Of a stretch of DNA of 64,000 nt, positions 1 to 9,455 are shown one piece after another. How positions within the stretch are numbered: the stretch's first letter is position 1; each line of letters begins with the position of its first letter. Origin of the DNA: Gemmatimonadales bacterium (GTDB lineage: Bacteria; Gemmatimonadota; Gemmatimonadetes; Gemmatimonadales; GWC2-71-9); contig OZ252244.1 of assembly GCA_965249575.1 (NCBI GenBank), positions 2,848,001 through 2,912,000 of the forward strand, given 5' to 3'. A program made the translations under genes and the position numbers. The notes under the pieces were generated by a model. That model worked only from the letters and a program-made list of their open reading frames with translations. It was not told where the DNA came from and did not search any database.

Positions 1-1378
1 CGACCACATCTACATCATCCTGGCGCTGCTCGGAATCGGCGCCGTCCACGTCCCGCTCAACGTGCACCAGAAGGCGGTGGGACTCGGTCACGTTTTGGGC
101 GATTCGGCGGCGACTACGGTGATCGCGGATCGTTGCTATGATGGGGCGCTCGCTCCATTCCTCACGGGCAAATCAGATGTGAAGCGGGTACTCTGGCGGG
201 GTGGGCTCCCGGCAGCGGGAGAGGGAAATGCGAGCACTGCGTTCGAAGAGCTGAGACTCCGAGAACGGGAGCGGCGGCCGGTGCAGCGGCGCCAACCGGA
301 CCGACTCGTGTCCGTTACCTATACCTCCGGCACCACCGGGCCGGCGAAGGGCGTATTGCTGACCGAGCGGATGTATCGCGCGGCGGCCGAGAGCGCTGGG
401 CTCGCCGCGGATGTCCGGCCCGGTGACGTGCTGTTCCTGTGGGAACCACTCTACCATATCGCGGGTGTGCAGACCGTGGTGCTGTGCTTGCAACGCGGTG
501 TGCCGTGCGCCCTCGTGGAACGATTCAGTGCTTCGGGCTTCTGGAATCAGGTGCGGCGGTACGGGGCGACTCAGATTCACTATCTCGGAGGTGTCGTTGG
601 GCTGCTCATGAAACAGCCACAGCGGCCGGACGACCGGGACAATCCGGCGCGAATAGCGTGGGGTGCCGCAGCCCCCCCGGAGCTGTGGCCGGGCTTCGAG
701 CAGCGCTTTGGTGTGCGAATTCAGGAGTGTTACGGACTCACCGAGGGCTCGAGCTTCACGACCATCAACCGGGACGGTCGAGTCGGCTCCGTCGGCAAGC
801 CGGTGGACCATTTCGAGGTGCGCATCGCGGCAGATGACGGAACTCCGCTTCCACACAGCCGGGTTGGGGAAATCGTCCAGCGGGCTCGGGAGCCCGGACT
901 GGTAATGAAGGGATACCTGAATGATCCCGATGGGACTCGCGAGGCGCTCTGCGGGGGCTGGCTTCATACCGGCGACCTGGGCTACTGCGATTCGGATGGA
1001 TTCTTTTACTACGCGGGGCGGAAGAGCGATAGCATCCGCAGCCGTGGCGAACGGATATCCGCTTGGGAAGTGGAGCGTGTCGTGAATGCGTGCCCCGGGG
1101 TGGAGGAGTGTGCCGTGATCGGGGTCCCGTCCGAGTTTGGTGAGAGCCACATCAAGGTGTTTGTCCGGCCGGAGGTGGAGCGGTCTCTGGATCCGTTGGA
1201 ACTCGTTCGCTGGTGCGACGGGCGTCTGCCCTACTTCCAGGTGCCGCGATACGTCGCCGTCGTGGACTCGTTCCCCAGGACGCCCAGCGAGAGGATTCGA
1301 AAGGAAGAGCTTTCCCGTTCGGTGGACGATTGCTGGGACCTTGACCAGTCCGGCTACCGGCTTTCCCGGTCCGGGTGA
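1..1378 (+). CDS. AMP-binding acyl-CoA ligase, CaiC-like (5' end outside window)
   Basis: Frame open from position 2 (DHIYIILALLGIGAVHVPLN...). ANL motifs YTSGTTGPAKG, YGLTE, HTGDLG, GRKSDSIR, PRTPSERIRK. Confidence 0.9.
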   Translation, partial: DHIYIILALLGIGAVHVPLNVHQKAVGLGHVLGDSAATTVIADRCYDGALAPFLTGKSDVKRVLWRGGLPAAGEGNASTAFEELRLRERERRPVQRRQPDRLVSVTYTSGTTGPAKGVLLTERMYRAAAESAGLAADVRPGDVLFLWEPLYHIAGVQTVVLCLQRGVPCALVERFSASGFWNQVRRYGATQIHYLGGVVGLLMKQPQRPDDRDNPARIAWGAAAPPELWPGFEQRFGVRIQECYGLTEGSSFTTINRDGRVGSVGKPVDHFEVRIAADDGTPLPHSRVGEIVQRAREPGLVMKGYLNDPDGTREALCGGWLHTGDLGYCDSDGFFYYAGRKSDSIRSRGERISAWEVERVVNACPGVEECAVIGVPSEFGESHIKVFVRPEVERSLDPLELVRWCDGRLPYFQVPRYVAVVDSFPRTPSERIRKEELSRSVDDCWDLDQSGYRLSRSG

Positions 1379-1385
1379 TGGCGGC

Positions 1386-1564
1386 ATGACCCCCGGCGAG
1401 CCGGAGCTGGTCCTCGACGGGCTAGTCAAGAACTACGGTGACGTCACCGCCGCCTCCAGTTCCAGATCGATTCGACGATCGCCGCCGCGTCTACGCTCCT
1501 GGTGGTGTTATCACTCATTGTGCTGGTCGGCGGCATGGCGCTGAGGCGCCGTGCTGGCGCGTAG
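1386..1564 (+). pseudogene. Collapsed ABC transporter operon: ATPase N-terminus fused out of frame to a PotC-like permease C-terminus
   Basis: ATG 1386 gives MTPGEPELVLDGLVKNYGDVTA, a typical ABC ATPase start. From 1454 another frame gives LQFQIDSTIAAASTLLVVLSLIVLVGGMALRRRAGA*, the last TM helix of a PotC-type permease. Confidence 0.75.
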
Positions 1565-1578
1565 GGGGTGAGGCCTGG

Positions 1579-2343
1579 ATGTATACCAACATCGTGTTCG
1601 AGCGCGACGGCGCCGTTGCCGTCATTACCCTGAACCGTCCCCGCGTCCTCAACGCGCTCAGTCGCGCGCTCAAGGCCGAGTTGGCAGATGCGCTGGGACG
1701 CGTAGCGAATGATGCCGGTATCCGAGCGGTTGTCCTGACGGGAGCCGGAAAGGCCTTCAGTGCGGGTCAAGACTTGAACGAGGCGAAAGACCTCGACGGC
1801 GCCGCGGCCGAGGAATGGGTGCGGGAGTACGAGCGACTGTACCAGCAGATCCGGTCGCTCGACGTACCGGTAATCGCAGCCGTCAACGGGTGGGCGGTCG
1901 GCGCGGGTTGTCAGCTAGCACTCCTCGCGGACATCCGCATTTCCTCTAACAGCGCGAAGTACGGAATGCCTGAAATCCGGGACGGCATTCCGGCGATCTT
2001 CGGACTGGGTTTTCTGTGGAACGTTGTTGGGATGAGCCGAGCGATTTATCTCGTGCTGAGCGGCGAGCACTTGGGAGCTCGCGAGGCCTTGCAGTCGGGC
2101 CTCACCGTCAAGGTCGTGCCCGGAGCTCGGCTACTCGCCGAGTCCCTGCAGCTCGCCCGCAAACTGGCCGATCATGCCACACTCGCGATGAGGCTCAACA
2201 AGGAATGGGCGCGCCGGCTCACCGACGAGCACTTCGCGGCGGCGACCGCATTCTGCGTGGCGGCACAACGCGACGCCTTCGGCGCGGGAGATGCCAAACG
2301 GCACATGGAGGCGTTCCTGGAAAAGCGGAGCGGGGCGGGGTAG
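1579..2343 (+). CDS. Enoyl-CoA hydratase/isomerase family protein
   Basis: Start moved to MYTNIVFE (ATG 1579). Motifs ITLNRP, FSAGQDL, IAAVNGWAVGAG, YGMPE. Confidence 0.92.
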   Translation: MYTNIVFERDGAVAVITLNRPRVLNALSRALKAELADALGRVANDAGIRAVVLTGAGKAFSAGQDLNEAKDLDGAAAEEWVREYERLYQQIRSLDVPVIAAVNGWAVGAGCQLALLADIRISSNSAKYGMPEIRDGIPAIFGLGFLWNVVGMSRAIYLVLSGEHLGAREALQSGLTVKVVPGARLLAESLQLARKLADHATLAMRLNKEWARRLTDEHFAAATAFCVAAQRDAFGAGDAKRHMEAFLEKRSGAG

Positions 2344-2384
2344 GCCCGGTTGCTCTCCCGGGCGTGGCGGTCGGAGCCCATCGT

Positions 2385-4862
2385 CTACCGGAGGCGCAGG
2401 AGCGGCCATAGGCTGGAGCGGTCGTCAGTCCACAGCACGGGCGACGGGTCGGTCTCGACCCAAACCAGTCGCTCGTTTTCCCGAACGGTGCTCCCGAGTT
2501 GTCCCGCGGTGATGCGCCGTTCGATTTCGGCCACGTTCACGCCGAGGCTGGTCGCAGCTTTGCCGACGGGTTCCCAGACAAACGGGAAGGGACTCGCGGC
2601 GCGAGCGATCTCGTCCTCGGTAAATATCGGGTTGCCTGGTTTTCCAACGATGAGCCACGACGAGCCAAGTACCCCGGGGTCTACCCGGCCACCTCGCTGG
2701 ATCCACACCCCTTGAAAGCCGAAACGTCGGGCCAGTCCCCGAATCACCGGTCTCAGGTTCACGTAGCGGTTGGAAACGTGGAAGAGGAGCAATCCGTTCT
2801 CCTTCAAGTGCTGCAGGTACAGCGCCGTGCTTTGCTCCGTCAGCAAGTGGACCGGGATCGCGTCGCTGGTGAACGCGTCGATGACGAGTAGGTCGAACTC
2901 CTGACTCTCTCCACGTCGCAGCTCCTCCTCGAGCCGGATGCGCCCGTCGCCCAAGACGATTTCGACCTGGGCGTCCGAGTCCTCGAGGTACGTGAAATAC
3001 CGGCCGGCGACCTGCGCGACGGCCGGATTGATCTCGTAGAACCTGAACACGTCCCCGGGCCGCCCGTAGGCCGCGAGCGTGCCGGCGCCGAGGCCCACGA
3101 TTCCTACGCGGATGCCGTCTGGCGAGCGGTTCGGCGTGCCATTTCGAGCATAGGAGTCGAGCACCATTCCGACACCGCTTGCCGGATCGTAGTACGCAAT
3201 GGGTTGCCCGCGTTTCTCCTCACTGAGGAACTGCCGGCCATGAGCCGTACTGCCATCGATCAGGGCTCTGTAGTCGGTGAGTGAGTCACCGCGATCAACG
3301 ACGCGAAGCATGCCATAGAAATTCCTGGCGGCGTGGATCGCATCCTCTTGGCCCGTTCTCACATGCAGCACGAGGGCCACGCCGAGCGCCGCAACGCAGA
3401 TCCTCAGAGCGGGTCGATACCATATCGGGCGCCGCTCTGCAGCCACTCGGGTCAGGTCCTTGCTCGCAGCGAGCAACACAGCCGCTGCGCAGGTCGCTGC
3501 GAGTAGCAGGTACGGCCAGTGCATCTCCCAGACAGTCACTCCGCGCCGCTGGATCTCCGACCAGCCGGCAAGGTCGATGCCGAACCAGGGCCGGTAGTCC
3601 CCGACGAGCGCAATGCCCCCCACGAGCAGGAGCAGGCCCGCCACGCCCACATAGCTTGCGACGAGGCGCCGTACATCGGGTGTGGCGTCGGGATCGCGAA
3701 ATCCGGCCACCATTCCGAGGAGGCACGCCGTCCCCAGCGCGAGGTGTAGCTCCCAGAAGCCCTGGAACACCAGTGGCGCGATGAGGACGACGAACACGCC
3801 GCCCAACACACCGCCCGCTGCGACCATCAAGTAGAAGAGCGTGAGATGAACCGCCGGGGGCCGGGACCGCATCAACTCGCCATGACACGTCATGCAACTC
3901 GCGAACAATACGCCGGTGTAGATCACGAGTTGAGGCCAGAACGGGACGGTATTTCCCACGAGCAGCAGCGCGACGGTCAGCGCTCCCATGACAGCCAGCA
4001 GTGAACCGAACACCCACCGCACGTACCATTGCTCCCTGTCGAAGCAAATGACGAAGGTCAGCAGGTAGATCGACAGCGGTACGACCCAGAGGAATGGGAC
4101 GCTCGCCACCTCCTGCGTGAGCTTGTTGGTCGTCGCCATCAGCATAGCCGATCCCGCGGCCGCAAGCCCGAGCCACAACGGGACGGGAAGGGCGCGCCGT
4201 CGGTCTGGAGCTGAACCTTCGCCCGGCTGCATGATCGGATTGCCGGCCGCTGGAACGTCCGGGCTGCCCGCGGCCCTCCGCCTCCCGACGATCACGATCA
4301 CAGCACACCAGCCCGCCGCCAGGGTGAACAGCACGTACGCCCACGACCACATCGTGGTCTGTCCCGCCAGCGTCAACGTGGGCTCCACCAAGACCGGGTA
4401 GCTCACCAAGGCCAGGAGCGAAGCTGCATTCGAGAGGGCGTAGAGGCGGTAGGGGGAACGGTCCGGCTGTGACCGGCTGAACCAGTGCTGCATGAGCGGG
4501 CCGGTCGACGCGAGGAGAACGAAGGGCACGCCGATGGTACCGACCAAGAGCAGGAGTATCCGCCCCACGGGTTCGTCGTCCGGGCTTGGTTTCCACCAGG
4601 GTCCGGGCGCGATGGGTAACAGCGTGAGGGACACCGCCAGTAATGCGAGATGAACCCAACCGTGCGCGCCCGGCTTGAGCCGCCGGGAAAGCCAATGTGC
4701 GTAACCGTAGCCAACGAGCAGCGAGACCTGGAAGAACAGCAGACAGGTCGTCCATACCGACGAGGCGCCGCCGAACCACGGCAGGATGTACCTGCCCATC
4801 AATGGCTGTACCTGAAAGAGCAAGAAGGCGCCCAGGAAAATCGCCAACGCAAAAGCGATCAT
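2385..4862 (-). CDS. Multi-TM membrane protein fused to a spermidine-synthase-like SAM-dependent domain
   Basis: N-terminal FLLFQVQPLMGRYILPWFGG, many TM helices, VGLGAGTLA, YEINP, GDGR, DAFTSDAIPVHLLT, C-terminal WTDD. Confidence 0.9.
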   Translation of the reverse strand: MIAFALAIFLGAFLLFQVQPLMGRYILPWFGGASSVWTTCLLFFQVSLLVGYGYAHWLSRRLKPGAHGWVHLALLAVSLTLLPIAPGPWWKPSPDDEPVGRILLLLVGTIGVPFVLLASTGPLMQHWFSRSQPDRSPYRLYALSNAASLLALVSYPVLVEPTLTLAGQTTMWSWAYVLFTLAAGWCAVIVIVGRRRAAGSPDVPAAGNPIMQPGEGSAPDRRRALPVPLWLGLAAAGSAMLMATTNKLTQEVASVPFLWVVPLSIYLLTFVICFDREQWYVRWVFGSLLAVMGALTVALLLVGNTVPFWPQLVIYTGVLFASCMTCHGELMRSRPPAVHLTLFYLMVAAGGVLGGVFVVLIAPLVFQGFWELHLALGTACLLGMVAGFRDPDATPDVRRLVASYVGVAGLLLLVGGIALVGDYRPWFGIDLAGWSEIQRRGVTVWEMHWPYLLLAATCAAAVLLAASKDLTRVAAERRPIWYRPALRICVAALGVALVLHVRTGQEDAIHAARNFYGMLRVVDRGDSLTDYRALIDGSTAHGRQFLSEEKRGQPIAYYDPASGVGMVLDSYARNGTPNRSPDGIRVGIVGLGAGTLAAYGRPGDVFRFYEINPAVAQVAGRYFTYLEDSDAQVEIVLGDGRIRLEEELRRGESQEFDLLVIDAFTSDAIPVHLLTEQSTALYLQHLKENGLLLFHVSNRYVNLRPVIRGLARRFGFQGVWIQRGGRVDPGVLGSSWLIVGKPGNPIFTEDEIARAASPFPFVWEPVGKAATSLGVNVAEIERRITAGQLGSTVRENERLVWVETDPSPVLWTDDRSSLWPLLRLR

Positions 4863-5030
4863 TGGAATGGAGGCAACTCGTCGGTGGGGTGGAGGAACGG
4901 TGCAAACACGGCGCTGAAGCTACTCACGAATCGCGTTTCGTGCGTGGCGGGCCGGTTTTCGAGGACTGTCCTATACCTTCCCGGTGCGGTCACCGACAGG
5001 CTAACTATTACACTCCCATATGTCGTTTTT

Positions 5031-5042
5031 GTACGATCGTAC
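5031..5042. promoter_or_regulatory. 12-bp perfect palindrome GTACGATCGTAC, possible operator
   Basis: Lies in the AT-richer divergent intergenic region, about 140 bp upstream of the second acyl-CoA ligase. Confidence 0.3.
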
Positions 5043-5184
5043 CCTGGGATGGTGAGTGGGAGAGCGCACGTGACGGATCGCCAACTAGGACGACCCTCGG
5101 CTGTCGAGTGGAGGTCGAAGGAGAGGAGCGACCCGCTTTGGTTGGTGACTGGTTGATGCTTTGGCTGACAGGGCGGGGGAACGC

Positions 5185-6768
5185 GTGACGGAGGTTCGCA
5201 CGATCACGACCGTGCTCGACGCGCAGGTGAGGGCACGCCCCGACAAGCGGTTCTTGCGCTTCCGGGATGCCGACCTCACCTACGCAGAGTTCGATCGCCG
5301 CGCTCGTTCCTTCGCTGCGGGGCTCCGGCGCCATCGTGTGGCGGAAGCCGGAGGTGGAGCGGGGCCATTGCGGATCCTACCGACGCTGCTTCCGAACTGC
5401 GCGGACGCGATCATACTCTGGTTCGCTGCCAATCGGGTCGGTACGGTTTGGACATCTCTCAACACCGAGTTTCGTGGCCAGGGTCTCGCCCACGCCATCA
5501 ACCTCACCGGTTCGCGTGATCTGATCGTGGATGAGGCGCTCTTGCACCCGGTCATCGAAGTCGGTGGGCAGCTCAGACATCTCGAGCGGCTGTTCGTTCG
5601 GGGGGGCTCCGGCGACCGTCTGTCAGCACCAGCCGGCCAGCCGTTCGAGCTCCTCCCCCTGAATGCGGTCGTGGTCGAGGACGATGGTGCCCCACCGATA
5701 CCGCCACGGACGCCGGCGGACGCATCGCTGCTGATCTACACGTCGGGTACGACTGGAGTGTCCAAGGCGTGCGAGCTGTCGCACCGGTATGTCATTGGAC
5801 AGGCTGGCATGATGGCTCGCGCCCTCGGGATGTGCGGAGACGACGTTGCGTTTTGTCCGTACCCGATCTTCCACTTGGACGCCACGATCGGCACGATCAT
5901 CCCGGCACTGCTGCTCGGAGCCACGGCGGTTATCGCCGAGCGCTTCAGTGTGTCTCAGTTCTGGAACGACGTCCGCCACTTTGGCGTCACGACATTCGAC
6001 TTCATGGGCGCGACGCTGACCTGGCTCTACAACCAGGACGCGCGGCCCGACGACGCCGACAACCCGGCTCGCCTCGGCTGGGGCGTGCCGATGCCGGCCT
6101 TCAAGGCCGACTTCGAGCGGCGCTTCGGGCTCACCCTGATCGAAGGCTACGGCTCCACCGAAGGGGGAGTCATGGTCTTTCAGACTCCCGGCGAGTCCTA
6201 CCCGATCGGCTCGTGCGGTCGGTGCATCCCCGAGTACCAGCTCCGCATCCTCGACGACGACGACACCCCCCTGGGTCCGGGCGGGATCGGGGAGATCGCC
6301 GTCAAGCCAACCAGAGATGAGGACCGTGACCTCATGATGAGCGGCTACTACCGGATGCCCGAGGTGAATGCAGAGGCGTTCCGGGGCGACTGGTTACACA
6401 CCGGTGATCTGGGTCGGGTCGACGAAGCGGGCAATCTGTTCTTCGAAGGCCGCAAAAACGATGCGATTCGGCGACGAGGAGAGAACATATCCGCGTTAGA
6501 AATCGAGCAGGTAATCGAGTCGCATCCGGCAGTGCTCAAGGTGGCGGCCTACGGCGTGCCAAGCGAGTTTACCGAAGAAGATGTGGCGGTTGCGGTGGTA
6601 CTCAAGTCGGGGCAGGAGCTTTCGGCCGACGAGCTTCTCCAGTTCTGCGGAACACGCATGGCCCGCCACATGGTGCCGGCCCATGTTCGCTTTCTCGACA
6701 CCCTTCCCAAGACACCCACGGAGAAGGTGACCAAAGGTGTTCTCAAGGAGTCGCATCGGCCCAGCTGA
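5185..6768 (+). CDS. AMP-binding acyl-CoA ligase, CaiC-like
   Basis: GTG start after GGGGGA. Motifs YTSGTTGVSK, YGSTE, HTGDLG, GRKNDAIRRRGENIS, PKTPTEK. Confidence 0.92.
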   Translation: MTEVRTITTVLDAQVRARPDKRFLRFRDADLTYAEFDRRARSFAAGLRRHRVAEAGGGAGPLRILPTLLPNCADAIILWFAANRVGTVWTSLNTEFRGQGLAHAINLTGSRDLIVDEALLHPVIEVGGQLRHLERLFVRGGSGDRLSAPAGQPFELLPLNAVVVEDDGAPPIPPRTPADASLLIYTSGTTGVSKACELSHRYVIGQAGMMARALGMCGDDVAFCPYPIFHLDATIGTIIPALLLGATAVIAERFSVSQFWNDVRHFGVTTFDFMGATLTWLYNQDARPDDADNPARLGWGVPMPAFKADFERRFGLTLIEGYGSTEGGVMVFQTPGESYPIGSCGRCIPEYQLRILDDDDTPLGPGGIGEIAVKPTRDEDRDLMMSGYYRMPEVNAEAFRGDWLHTGDLGRVDEAGNLFFEGRKNDAIRRRGENISALEIEQVIESHPAVLKVAAYGVPSEFTEEDVAVAVVLKSGQELSADELLQFCGTRMARHMVPAHVRFLDTLPKTPTEKVTKGVLKESHRPS

Positions 6769-6824
6769 GACCGGGACGGAGTCGAGGAAGACCGCACCGA
6801 GGGAGGACGCCACGTGAGCTCTCC

Positions 6825-7170
6825 CTAGTATCCGGCGTAGGGCGAGAGCCGCTCCGAAAGGCCGTCGCCGGAGGCTTCACTCCTACCTGCGGCACCATCC
6901 GCACCAACCGCCGAGCCAAGGACAACCTGTGCCTGCACCCACAAGGTCAGGTCGAACTCGGCACCGATTGGGTGTGTACGATCGGTGTGGTTGAAGGCGT
7001 TCCGTATTGTGAAGCTCAGCCGCAGCCTCCGCTCCCACAGTCCCTTCTGCATCGACAAATCGAACAGCCACTGTGATGGCACCACCGAGGAGTACGCGCC
7101 CCCTGTCTCCTCCACGACGTTCCGATACTCGTGCCACCGGCTGCCGCCTCGGTACCGGAGCTGGAAACCA
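6825..7170 (-). pseudogene. C-terminal remnant of a TonB-dependent outer-membrane receptor
   Basis: Alternating beta-strand pattern FQLRYRGGSRW...FDLSMQKGLWERRLRLSFTIRNAFN...FDLTLWVQAQVVL. No signal peptide or plug; begins right at the tspO stop. Confidence 0.6.
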
Positions 7171-7674
7171 TCAGTAGGCACCTACCCCGGCGTTCGCTTG
7201 CCAGACACCGTATCCCCACAGGTTGGCGTAAGCCAGGTAGAGGAGGTACGGCGTGAAAGACCACGCGGCGATACGATCCAGTTTGAGCAGCGCCAGGAGT
7301 AACCCGACCGCCACGATGTCGTACGGTATGACAGCGAAAAACGCCATCCGGAGGTTGCCGCCAAAGAAGACGACGTTCCATGCGGCGTTGATGCCCATCA
7401 TCAGAAGGGTGAGTGTCACCGCGGTCGGCCTGAGCCTGCTCCGTTCTCCGACGCGAAGCACGCGGTACAGAACGACGAAGCAGATGGCGTAGTAGATGCC
7501 ACCGATGACGAGCCATCCCCAGAGTGGAGGAGAGTAGGCTGGCAACCGCATTGAGGCATATCTGTCCGCGACATCCGCTCCAGCAAGTACGCCCTCGAGC
7601 AACGCAAATCCAATGCAGACGGCCAGCGCCCACAAGAAAGACGCTCTGCGTGTTTGGCTGTGTGTCTCGGTCAT
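7171..7674 (-). CDS. tspO: TspO/MBR tryptophan-rich sensory protein
   Basis: Five TM helices; YASMRLPAYSPPLWGW, NAAWNVVFFG, PYLLYLAYANLW. Confidence 0.85.
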   Translation of the reverse strand: MTETHSQTRRASFLWALAVCIGFALLEGVLAGADVADRYASMRLPAYSPPLWGWLVIGGIYYAICFVVLYRVLRVGERSRLRPTAVTLTLLMMGINAAWNVVFFGGNLRMAFFAVIPYDIVAVGLLLALLKLDRIAAWSFTPYLLYLAYANLWGYGVWQANAGVGAY

Positions 7675-7816
7675 GTGGGCCCAATGATGGTGTATACGGT
7701 TCGGTGGAAGCCAGACGGCTCCCCGCATAAGCTAGTACCGACCCCCCGGCGGGTTCCCCCCACTCCCTGCTGGCCTCGACATCGCCCTGGAAGCGTGCGT
7801 TCGGCGCTCCTACCTT

Positions 7817-7870
7817 TAGGGCATCTAGGGCATCTAGGGCATCTAGGGCATCTAGGGCATCTAGGGCATC
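7817..7870 (+). repeat. Perfect tandem repeat (TAGGGCATC)x6
   Basis: Six exact 9-bp copies between divergent tspO and the LVIVD gene. Confidence 0.97.
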
Positions 7871-7962
7871 GACGGAGCTCCGACCGGCGGAGCATCCGCA
7901 GTCTCCGGACAGCTCGATCAGACCCGATTCCCCGAAGTCCCCCCGCCTCGAGGAGGCCCACC

Positions 7963-9336
7963 ATGTCGCTCTCTCTCGTACTTGGGCTCGTCATCGCAGC
8001 GACGCCCGCCCTGAGCCAGCACCCTCCAGGCCAGCAAGGAAGCCGCAACCTCCAGATCGTCTCGCACCTGCCGCTCGAGACCGAGGGCCTGTTCAGCACC
8101 TCGGATGTCGAGATCGAGCAGGAGTTGAGCCGTCCGTATGTCTACGTGTCACACGGGCACCGAAATCCTGGGTTCTTCGTCATCGATATCACGGATCCCG
8201 GAAACACGACTGCCCTGTATCGCTGGATCATCGAAGACGCCGAGCTGCACCAGGGAGCCGGGATGGACAACAAGTACTTCAAGCTCGGCGGCCGGTATTA
8301 CGACGTGCAGTCCTTTCAGTTTCGTGGCAGCGGTCCCGACACGGACCTCGGCGCCATCGTGTTCGATGTAACTGGACTCCCGGACACGAGCACTATTACC
8401 GAGGTGGGGCGCATACGCGCCCCCGACACGCCAGGCGGATTCCACAACATGTTCGCGTACAAGCACTCGGACGGTCGCGTCCTGCTCTTCACGACGACGA
8501 CCGGAGCCAACGTCAACGTCTACGACATGGCGAAGTTCGTCACCGGCGACCCGCTGCACGGGCTCATCAGCCGAATCCCAGTCCCTCGCGGCGAGCCGAA
8601 CCGCGGCGCCCTCGACGGCCCTCGGGGTGGTTATCACGACTTCTTCCTCGGATTCGATCCGGCCACGCAACGGGACAAGTTCTATGGCGCAGGCGCAGAC
8701 GGATACCACGTCTACGACGTAACCGTACCGGAGAATCCAAGGCTCATCACCTCGGTGATGGGCGCGGCGGGCGTCCCCAACGGGCACACGTTCACTCCGA
8801 CGCCCGACGGCCGGTACGCGCTGTCGATGTCGGCACCGACCTACCAGTACGCTCCGATCCGGATCTTCGACCTGAAACCGGGCCTCGACGGAGAGGTCAA
8901 GGCCGTCACGAGACCGGTCGGAGCCTGGATCGCCCAGTGGGATGGCGCGTCTCACAACCATGAGGTGCGCTGGCCCTACGCGTTCATCTCGGCGCAGGCC
9001 GATGGATTACAGGTGATCAACATCATGGACCCGACCAATCCGTACACCGTGGCCTACTACGATACCAAGCAGGGCCCCCGCCTGCACGGGGAGGATCTCG
9101 GGGGCTCGATCGGCACCGGGGGCGGGATTTACGAGGGGCCGTGGGGGGTGGACATTCGAAATGCAGATGGACTGATCGTCGTCAGCGATTTCAACTCGGG
9201 ATTCTGGGCCTTCAAGATGGAAGGGTTCGATTCATGGAACGGGCACCAGTGGGGCATGCCGAACGTCTCGAGCGTTCAGGATTGGGACAACGGGCCGGAC
9301 GGCGCCCGTGCGGCCGGGCAGGTGAGCCATCGCTAG
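7963..9336 (+). CDS. Secreted LVIVD-repeat beta-propeller protein
   Basis: AGGAGG RBS before ATG 7963; signal peptide MSLSLVLGLVIAATPALS; repeats GFFVIDITDP, GYHVYDVTVP, GLQVINIMDP. Confidence 0.85.
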   Translation: MSLSLVLGLVIAATPALSQHPPGQQGSRNLQIVSHLPLETEGLFSTSDVEIEQELSRPYVYVSHGHRNPGFFVIDITDPGNTTALYRWIIEDAELHQGAGMDNKYFKLGGRYYDVQSFQFRGSGPDTDLGAIVFDVTGLPDTSTITEVGRIRAPDTPGGFHNMFAYKHSDGRVLLFTTTTGANVNVYDMAKFVTGDPLHGLISRIPVPRGEPNRGALDGPRGGYHDFFLGFDPATQRDKFYGAGADGYHVYDVTVPENPRLITSVMGAAGVPNGHTFTPTPDGRYALSMSAPTYQYAPIRIFDLKPGLDGEVKAVTRPVGAWIAQWDGASHNHEVRWPYAFISAQADGLQVINIMDPTNPYTVAYYDTKQGPRLHGEDLGGSIGTGGGIYEGPWGVDIRNADGLIVVSDFNSGFWAFKMEGFDSWNGHQWGMPNVSSVQDWDNGPDGARAAGQVSHR

Positions 9337-9455
9337 CCGGGGGCCGCGGCGCCGCCGGAGAGAGCGATGCGCGTTCTTGCCGCCGTGAACCTTGACAACC
9401 CACCCTGATACGGGCCTCTTTGCGTTGACACTCGGAGCGTGCCAAGGATCTTCGT

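Noticed and set aside
7817..7870. CRISPR array
   Set aside because: Contiguous 9-bp units without spacers, and no cas genes.
7654..7962. N-terminal (LGH)n extension of the LVIVD protein, or (PRC)n ORF on the minus strand
   Set aside because: These are translations of the 9-bp repeat; the AGGAGG RBS and signal peptide place the start at 7963.
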